Origin: Candidatus Saccharimonadota bacterium
Lineage (GTDB): Bacteria; Patescibacteriota; Gracilibacteria; UBA1369; 2-02-FULL-48-14
Length of the DNA: 32,000 bases
NCBI GenBank assembly: GCA_965230905.1
Contig: OZ246396.1
Span: forward strand, 600,001-632,000
Direction: 5' to 3'
Shown: positions 26,038 through 32,000 of the stretch, in pieces
Numbering within the stretch: the first letter of the stretch is position 1
Layout of the letters: each line of letters begins with the position of its first letter
Made by a program: the position numbers and the translations under genes
The notes under the pieces: model-generated
What the model saw: the letters and a program-made list of their open reading frames with translations, nothing else
What the model was told of the DNA's origin: nothing
Databases searched by the model: none

Positions 26038-27141
26038 CTACAACAAGGCGACGAATTCGTCGAACAGGAAAGAAGTGTCGGTGGGGCCGGGCGCCGCCTC
26101 GGGGTGGAATTGTGAGGAAAAGAACGGAAGGTTTTTGTGGCGGAGGCCCTCTACGCAGCCGTCGTTTGCGTTTTCAAAATAGACTTCCCAGTCTTTGGAA
26201 AGCTTTTTTGGGTCCACGGCGAATCCGTGGTTTTGTGAGGTGATGTAGCAGCGGCCCGTGGTGGTATCGATGCAAGGTTGGTTTTGTCCGCGGTGTCCGT
26301 ACTTGAGCTTGTAGGTTTTGGCGCCGGCGGCGATTCCCATGATTTGTGTCCCTAAACAAATTCCAAAAGTGGGGATTTTTCGCTCGAAACATTCTTTCAT
26401 AATCTCCACGGTTTCTTCCATCATGGAGGGGTCGCCTGGGCCGTTGGAGAAGAAGATGCCGTCGAATTTCACCTTTTTTGTAGGGGAGCTGGCGCTCTGC
26501 TCTTCATAACGGAAAGGGCTGCTGTTCCAAGGGAAGCGCGTGATTTTAACGCCGCGGTTCAAAAAGCTGCGCAAAGTATTGTTTTTAACTCCGCAGTCGA
26601 TCACGGCAATGTGCTTTTTCCCGTTTCCGTATTCATGAATTTCTGTGGGGCTCACTTTGGCCACCAGGTTCACCGCATTGGGGTCGTAGAAATCGCTGCC
26701 TGCTTCGCAGTCAGTAGGGTGGATTTTTCCAGGTTGAGAGCCATTTTCACGGATGTATTGAGTGAGGGCACGGGTGTCTACGCCGGTGATTCCGGGCACG
26801 TCGTATTCGCGCATCCAGTCCGAAAGGCTTTTAGCGGCTTTCCAGTGAGAATAAACCTCGCTGTAGTCGCTCACAATCAGGCCTTTAATATGCATGCGGT
26901 TGCTTTCAAAAAACTTGCTGATGCCTTCTTCATCCAGCTCTTCGGCGGGCACGCCATAATTTCCAACCAATGGGAAGGTAATGACCAAAATCTGATCTTT
27001 AAAAGAGGGGTCCGTGAGGCTTTCGGGGTAACCCACCATTCCAGTTGTGAAAACCACTTCACCTTCGCTTTCCTTGAAAGCTCCAAAGGCTTTTCCTGTG
27101 AGTTGAGTTCCGTCCTTGAGGGTGAGGGTGAGTTTTTCCAT
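26038..27141 (-). CDS. carA: Carbamoyl-phosphate synthase small (glutamine amidotransferase) subunit
   Basis: 367 aa. 'VFTTGMVGYPESLTDPS', nucleophile elbow 'GICLGTQ', 'SQNHGFAV' and 'FSSQFHPEA'. Confidence 0.95.
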   Translation of the reverse strand: MEKLTLTLKDGTQLTGKAFGAFKESEGEVVFTTGMVGYPESLTDPSFKDQILVITFPLVGNYGVPAEELDEEGISKFFESNRMHIKGLIVSDYSEVYSHWKAAKSLSDWMREYDVPGITGVDTRALTQYIRENGSQPGKIHPTDCEAGSDFYDPNAVNLVAKVSPTEIHEYGNGKKHIAVIDCGVKNNTLRSFLNRGVKITRFPWNSSPFRYEEQSASSPTKKVKFDGIFFSNGPGDPSMMEETVEIMKECFERKIPTFGICLGTQIMGIAAGAKTYKLKYGHRGQNQPCIDTTTGRCYITSQNHGFAVDPKKLSKDWEVYFENANDGCVEGLRHKNLPFFSSQFHPEAAPGPTDTSFLFDEFVALL

Positions 27142-27191
27142 GCGAGGTAAATCCTCAGCAATTTACTTTAGCTGTGCGGATTTCTCAAGGT

Positions 27192-28238
27192 TTATTCCAG
27201 GAATTGTCCGTCGAGTGGATAAAGAGGAACTATAGAATCGCGTTTTATAAACTCATGAAAAGAGTATACGGCTGTTCTAGCTACAGGATCAGCATAGTGA
27301 TGAAAAGCCCTTAGGGTCTCCATGGTGTGCCAGGTCATTCCTCTATCGACTACTGTGAATTGGGCTAAAGCGCGCAGTAGTGGCTCTCTTTGAATAATAT
27401 GCTTTCGGTTTTCGTCGCTGACTTTCGTGTGGGCTGCCAAGCGTAGGCCAAGTGACTCCAGTGCTTTGCATCCATTTACAACCATGATTTGTTTAAAATG
27501 GTTGGTAAAACGCACATTTCCCAACCATTTTTCCTTTTCTTCGTGAGGAGGCACTATGGGTGGCACTAATCCGCTAAAAAAACGTAAAGTTTCAGGATCA
27601 CCAATATCTTCTATTATGGGTATAATGAGTTCACGGAAGTAATCCTGTCTATCGTTAAAATTCCCTGCAGCAATGAGGGTGTCTTTGTGACTTACCTCAA
27701 GAACATTAGCAAGATCGTTATTCTTATTTTCGTGATGAGAATTCCTTATTTCGATTAAGTCAAAAGGCTTTTCAACCATTAAGTTCTCAAGTCCAGAGTC
27801 TATATCAAAACAACGGTATTCTATTGAATGCCCCTTTCTTTCAAGGGCTTCCCAGTTTACGCCGAGGACGTTTCTCCCAGGTCGGTTTAGCCATGGCGTC
27901 TCTTTGTAAAATTCCAGCATTGAGTTCCAACCGGGGTGATAAGAATTGAATTCATATTCACCTCTTTGGGCGAGCTCGATGAGAGTTTTATCAATGTCAG
28001 CTGCGACAAGTTTTATTTTGGTTCTTTGACGGGTTCGATCAATCTCTCGATCGAATCGTGCAAGAAGGTCGATTACCGTTTCTCCGGTTGCGCAACCGAG
28101 CATTAAAATTCTAAGCTCTGCGGGGAGTTCACTTGAAGTTAAATCGCGAGCCACCATGCGGTCGATTAAGTCGTAGCGTCCGAAAAAAGTTTTAGGGCCA
28201 AAACCTAATGGTTTAGGTCCGGAAGGGGGTGATTTCAT
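27192..28238 (-). CDS. CheR-like SAM-dependent methyltransferase domain fused to an unknown C-terminal domain
   Basis: 'LRILMLGCATGET' (cf. CheR RIWSAAASTGEE), 'KLVAADIDKTLIELAQRGEY' (cf. VFASDID..LEKARSGIY) and 'PFDLIEIRNS' (cf. PFDAIFCRNV). GC is about 33-35% in sampled lines. Confidence 0.55.
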   Translation of the reverse strand: MKSPPSGPKPLGFGPKTFFGRYDLIDRMVARDLTSSELPAELRILMLGCATGETVIDLLARFDREIDRTRQRTKIKLVAADIDKTLIELAQRGEYEFNSYHPGWNSMLEFYKETPWLNRPGRNVLGVNWEALERKGHSIEYRCFDIDSGLENLMVEKPFDLIEIRNSHHENKNNDLANVLEVSHKDTLIAAGNFNDRQDYFRELIIPIIEDIGDPETLRFFSGLVPPIVPPHEEKEKWLGNVRFTNHFKQIMVVNGCKALESLGLRLAAHTKVSDENRKHIIQREPLLRALAQFTVVDRGMTWHTMETLRAFHHYADPVARTAVYSFHEFIKRDSIVPLYPLDGQFLE

Positions 28239-28351
28239 ATTTAACAGCCAAGAGGCCTATTTTGGCACAAAATTTTCATACGTCAATTTTATCTCGAGGC
28301 TTAGATTTCCTAGTATTTTTTTGCGTGATCTGTTAACTTAGGCCCAATACT

Positions 28352-29266
28352 ATGCAACACCTTCTCCACTCAAAAGATCTTTCGCGCGACGAGATCCTGG
28401 GTCTCCTGGACCGGGCGGAGGCATTTTTGCCGACGGTTGAAGGACGGACCAAACTGGATTTGGCGGAGGGAAAAATTCTCGCGACCTTGTTTTATGAAGC
28501 TTCCACTCGTACGCGCTTTTCTTTTGAAACAGCGATGCTGAGGCTTGGGGGAATGGTGATTTCCAACGCCGACATGGGCGCTACGTCTTCTGCGAAAAAA
28601 GGAGAAACTTTGTATGATACGGGAAAGATGGTTGCCACTTTTGCGGACATTATTGCGATGCGCCATCCAGATTCAGGAAGTGTGATGGAGCTGGCTAAAG
28701 GAAGCAGTGTGCCGGTGGTGAACGGAGGAGACGGAGCGGGGGATCACCCCACGCAAGGGCTGCTGGATATTTTTACGATTCAGAAATGCCTCGGACGTTT
28801 GGATAACTTTACCATTGCGATGGTGGGGGATTTGAAGAACAGCCGTGTGGTGCATTCGCAGTGTGAATATTTGATGCATTTTGAAGGAGTGAAATTTGTA
28901 CTGGTGTCGCCGGAGGGACTTAAAATGCCTGCGGAAATTGTAGAAAGATTGCGGACGAAATCTGATGTGGTGGAGACGGCGGATTTGGAAAGCGTGATGG
29001 GCGAAATGGACGTGCTTTCCCACACGCGCATCCAACAGGAACGCTTTGCGAGCGAGGCCGAATACATGAAATATAAAGGAGTCTATGTGCTCACGCCCGC
29101 GCTGATGGCGAAGGCGAAAAAGGAGATGATTCTGCTCCATCCTTTGCCTCGGGTGGATGAAATTGATACTGCTGTCGACGCAGACCCTCGCGCGAAATAT
29201 TTTGAACAGGTGAAGTATGGCGTGGCGGTGCGTATGGCTATTTTGGCTACTCTTCTTGGATTATGA
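28352..29266 (+). CDS. pyrB: Aspartate carbamoyltransferase catalytic subunit
   Basis: 304 aa. 'FYEASTRTRFSFE', 'RHPDSG', 'GDHPTQGLLD' and 'LLHPLPRVDEI'. Confidence 0.96.
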   Translation: MQHLLHSKDLSRDEILGLLDRAEAFLPTVEGRTKLDLAEGKILATLFYEASTRTRFSFETAMLRLGGMVISNADMGATSSAKKGETLYDTGKMVATFADIIAMRHPDSGSVMELAKGSSVPVVNGGDGAGDHPTQGLLDIFTIQKCLGRLDNFTIAMVGDLKNSRVVHSQCEYLMHFEGVKFVLVSPEGLKMPAEIVERLRTKSDVVETADLESVMGEMDVLSHTRIQQERFASEAEYMKYKGVYVLTPALMAKAKKEMILLHPLPRVDEIDTAVDADPRAKYFEQVKYGVAVRMAILATLLGL

Positions 29267-30384
29267 TTTTTATAAAAAACGTCACGGTGGTCAGTGCTCA
29301 GGGCCGCGAAGTGCGTGACGTTTCTTTTGAAGGCGCTGATGAAGTGGTGGACGGCACGGGAAAATTTTTGTTGCCTGGGGCGATCGATGCGCACGTGCAT
29401 TTTCGTGACCCGGGTTCTTCAGAGAAGGAAGATTGGGCGACTGGTAGCGCAGCTGCTTTGGCAGGTGGGGTGACCACGGTGCTTGATATGCCAAACACCA
29501 CTCCCGCCACTATTACGGTGGAAGCTTTGGAGGCGAAGCGCGCAGTTGCGGCGACGAAAAGTCTGGTTAATTTTGGCCTGTTCTTTGGGGCGACCCGCGA
29601 CAACTTGGATGAAATGCGGCGCGCGGAAAATATTTGTGGCATTAAAATTTACATGGGGTCTTCCACGGGAAATTTGCTGCTGGATGACCCCGCCGTGTGG
29701 GAAGAAGTGTTTAAAATTGCGAAAGAAAAAAATGTGCCGGTGGTGGTGCACGCAGAAACCGAAAGCATGATTCAAGCGGGGAAGCGCGATTGTGAATGTG
29801 CGCGCGTGGCTACGGAGGCTGCCATTGCTCTGCGTGAAAAAGTGGGCAACCGACTCCACATCGCGCACGTGAGCTGCAAGGCCGAGCTCGCGCTCATTCG
29901 GGAGCATAAATGCCCCGAACTCACCTGTGAAGTGACCCCGCACCACCTGCTCTTCACCGAGGCTGACCGAAAAGATGCCTTTCTAAAAATGAATCCGCCG
30001 CTGCGAACAGCGGCCGATCAGGCCGCCCTGTGGGAAGGCCTCCGTGATGGAACTATTGATTGCATCGCGACCGATCACGCGCCGCACACGGTGGAAGAAA
30101 AACAAAAGCCGATGGAGGAAGCGCCCGCCGGCGTGCCGGGAGTGGAATTTATGCTGCCACTGATGCTCAATGCCGTTAATGAAGGCAAGCTCACGCTGGA
30201 AAAATTGGTGGAGCTGACCAGTGAAAATCCGGCTCGGATATTTGGGGTGCAGGCGGCTGGGTACGTCTTGGTGGATTTGGATTTGGATAAAACCATTGAA
30301 AATGCCGACATCCTTTCCAAGTGCGGGTGGTCTCCCTACAAGGGGCGGCAAATTAAGGGCTGGCCCATTCAGGTTTGGCTTTAA
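29263..30384 (+). CDS. pyrC: Dihydroorotase (amidohydrolase)
   Basis: 373 aa. 'PGAIDAHVHFRDPG', 'IKIYMG', 'VVVHAE', 'LKMNPPLR' and 'IATDHAPH'. ATGA overlap with the pyrB stop. Confidence 0.9.
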   Translation: MIFIKNVTVVSAQGREVRDVSFEGADEVVDGTGKFLLPGAIDAHVHFRDPGSSEKEDWATGSAAALAGGVTTVLDMPNTTPATITVEALEAKRAVAATKSLVNFGLFFGATRDNLDEMRRAENICGIKIYMGSSTGNLLLDDPAVWEEVFKIAKEKNVPVVVHAETESMIQAGKRDCECARVATEAAIALREKVGNRLHIAHVSCKAELALIREHKCPELTCEVTPHHLLFTEADRKDAFLKMNPPLRTAADQAALWEGLRDGTIDCIATDHAPHTVEEKQKPMEEAPAGVPGVEFMLPLMLNAVNEGKLTLEKLVELTSENPARIFGVQAAGYVLVDLDLDKTIENADILSKCGWSPYKGRQIKGWPIQVWL

Positions 30385-30472
30385 CAAGCGCTCGGTTGCC
30401 ATTTTCCGTATTGACTAGACGGCGCTTTGTAGTAGACTGACCACCTGTCTATTTTGTCTAACCCCCGTACAA

Positions 30473-32000
30473 ATGCAAAGCATCAGTTCTCTTAACCGCC
30501 TAGTCCGTATCTTAGGGCTTGGAGTGTTTATGTTTAATATTCTCGTTGTTTCAACGGGGGCTTCTGAGTTCGACTTGGATGAGGATGGAATGCCCAATGA
30601 GTGGGAAGAAGCCTATGGACTTAATCCAAACGATGCTAGCGATGCCTCTATTGATTTAGATCGAGACGGGCTCACTAGTCTTGAAGAGTATACGCTTGGT
30701 ACGGACCCTCTCAATCCTGATACGGATGGAGATATTTGGGGAGATGAAGAAGAAATCTTCAACGGAACTGACCCACTTGTTTTTGAAGCGGCTGATTTGG
30801 ATGTTTTGGACATTATTATGAACTCTGCTACTGGTGAAATCAGTTATGTTGTGACTAACTTGGGAAATTTGGACGTGGACTACGTGATGGAAACTGGTGC
30901 TACGACCGTTTACCTCAATTATGGTGAAGAGGACGAGGCTATTTATTCTTATGATTGGAACTCAGAGATGACGATAGGAACTTGGACCGGAACCTTCTTT
31001 TTGACCGGTAGCAGCGAGACCATTTCTACTGGGCTCGGTTTAATCTCTGGAGAGCACAGTGTGATGGTTTGTATTGATCCCGCAGCTAATCATGGAGAAA
31101 GTGTTTCTGAGCTCGAAAACTGTGAAATTGAAAGCTTTACGGTAGGCCCTGACCTCACGGTTACAGATATTAGCTTTGAGGGAGACTCTGTATATGTGGA
31201 TCTTGCAAATATCGGAGACTTCGATGCAAATGCCGAAGTACCTGGAACTATTACGACTACAAATGGTGTAAGTGAACAAATTTATGCCTGGACTGATTTG
31301 AACGATGGTGAGCAAGACTTTTTGTCTGCCAATGGGACTACTTTGAATTTTGAATCTTTCGAAGATACTTCTGCGTTTGTAGATGGAGATACTGTTCAGG
31401 TTTGCGTGGACAGTAACGATCTTGTTAATGAACTGAATGAAAGCAATAACTGTCTTACCGAGGTTTACTCAGATGGAGTTTTCACGGTTGAGGCTGGTGT
31501 GGACGAAGGAATTGGATTTGGGACTGAGTATACTTTGAAGGCGTATGCTGAAGAAGCGCTTTCACTCGACTCTGCTGTGGTAAATTGGGGCGATGGTGCA
31601 GTGCAAACCTTGACGCAAACGATTGATGGAGACCGGATAAATCTTGGTGCCGTTCACACCTATCCTGCTCCTGAAACCTATACCGTAACGGTTTGTGCCA
31701 ATGATGGTAGCGAGACGGTTTGTGACATTGTTCGTATCTCTATAGTGGGAAACAGTTCAGGCGGTTCAAGCTCTTCTAGTTCATCCAGCACAGGTGGTTC
31801 AGGCGGCTCAAGCGGCTCTGACGATAGTTCAACAGATGAAGACGTGGATTTGGCTGGAGAAGAAGACCAAGACGTGACTCTCACTGAAGAAGAGGAAGCG
31901 GCTGCAGCAGATTGCAGTGCAATGGTATTTGAAGATGTGTCTGAAGATGACGACTTTTATGATGGAGTTTGTGAACTCTGGGCAGCAGATATCCTGCACG
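30473..32000 (+). CDS. Secreted surface protein, 3'-truncated by the window edge. It has a signal/anchor, thrombospondin-type-3-like Ca-binding repeats, CARDB-like modules, a PKD domain and a Ser/Gly/acidic linker.
   Basis: Absent from the ORF track because no stop occurs in the window. My hand translation from the ATG at 30473 found no stop through 31999. Motifs: 'DLDEDGMPNEWEEAYGLNPND..DLDRDGLTSLEEYTLGTDPLNPDTDGD', 'NELNESNNC', 'VNWGDGAVQ..HTYPAPETYTVTVCANDG', then 'SSGGSSSSSSSSTGGSGGSSGSDD..EEDQD..TEEEEAAAA'. The four minus-strand ORFs in the track are its antisense shadows. Confidence 0.8.
   Translation, partial: MQSISSLNRLVRILGLGVFMFNILVVSTGASEFDLDEDGMPNEWEEAYGLNPNDASDASIDLDRDGLTSLEEYTLGTDPLNPDTDGDIWGDEEEIFNGTDPLVFEAADLDVLDIIMNSATGEISYVVTNLGNLDVDYVMETGATTVYLNYGEEDEAIYSYDWNSEMTIGTWTGTFFLTGSSETISTGLGLISGEHSVMVCIDPAANHGESVSELENCEIESFTVGPDLTVTDISFEGDSVYVDLANIGDFDANAEVPGTITTTNGVSEQIYAWTDLNDGEQDFLSANGTTLNFESFEDTSAFVDGDTVQVCVDSNDLVNELNESNNCLTEVYSDGVFTVEAGVDEGIGFGTEYTLKAYAEEALSLDSAVVNWGDGAVQTLTQTIDGDRINLGAVHTYPAPETYTVTVCANDGSETVCDIVRISIVGNSSGGSSSSSSSSTGGSGGSSGSDDSSTDEDVDLAGEEDQDVTLTEEEEAAAADCSAMVFEDVSEDDDFYDGVCELWAADILH

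Noticed and set aside
30415-31884. Four short minus-strand ORFs (60-91 aa) listed in the track
   Set aside because: All lie antisense to the long open + frame beginning at 30473, which has clear domain signatures.

Overview
This is a gene-dense bacterial chromosomal segment, roughly 90% coding, with many 1-8 nt gene overlaps. It reads with the standard code: conserved genes end at TGA, TAA or TAG where expected. All calls come from reading the sequence and from remembered family motifs; no searches were run.

Conserved backbone:
- prs-rpiB-rpe (PRPP synthesis and non-oxidative pentose phosphate genes)
- two co-directional membrane proteins, one of the DedA/VTT family
- tRNA-Arg(GCG)
- an IMPase-family phosphatase
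- uvrB
- a complete canonical F1Fo ATP synthase operon (AtpI/Z-like, a, c, b, delta, alpha, gamma, beta, epsilon)
- carA, pyrB and pyrC

Three secreted surface proteins are interspersed, with the layout passenger domains, Ser/Gly/acidic linker, SLH-type wall anchor; the third is cut just after its linker. One is cut by each window edge. The right-hand one (30473 to the window end) is missing from the supplied ORF track because it has no stop in the window.

There are also several orphan genes. Two of them sit in clearly lower-GC patches: an AAA+/DUF4143-type ATPase, and a CheR-like methyltransferase inserted between carA and pyrB.

I saw no rRNA, CRISPR array, transposase, integrase or phage genes, and I did not find a convincing multi-gene novel system.

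The items most worth follow-up:
- a DEDDh exonuclease fused to a DinG-like helicase scaffold whose ATPase motifs appear lost
- the unusually structured 230-bp region upstream of that gene (abutting perfect 10-bp and 22-bp palindromes, plus a 17-bp perfect inverted repeat that includes the stop codon of the neighbouring SLH gene)
- a very divergent AnmK-like (ASKHA) protein
- a c-subunit with a partial, two-carboxylate Na+-type ion-site signature
- a recurrent -10 box / 6 nt / ATG geometry that predicts leaderless mRNAs
- a duplicated tRNA 3' end

Weak Shine-Dalgarno usage, small overlapping genes and many orphans suggest an uncultivated small-genome lineage. That is inference only.
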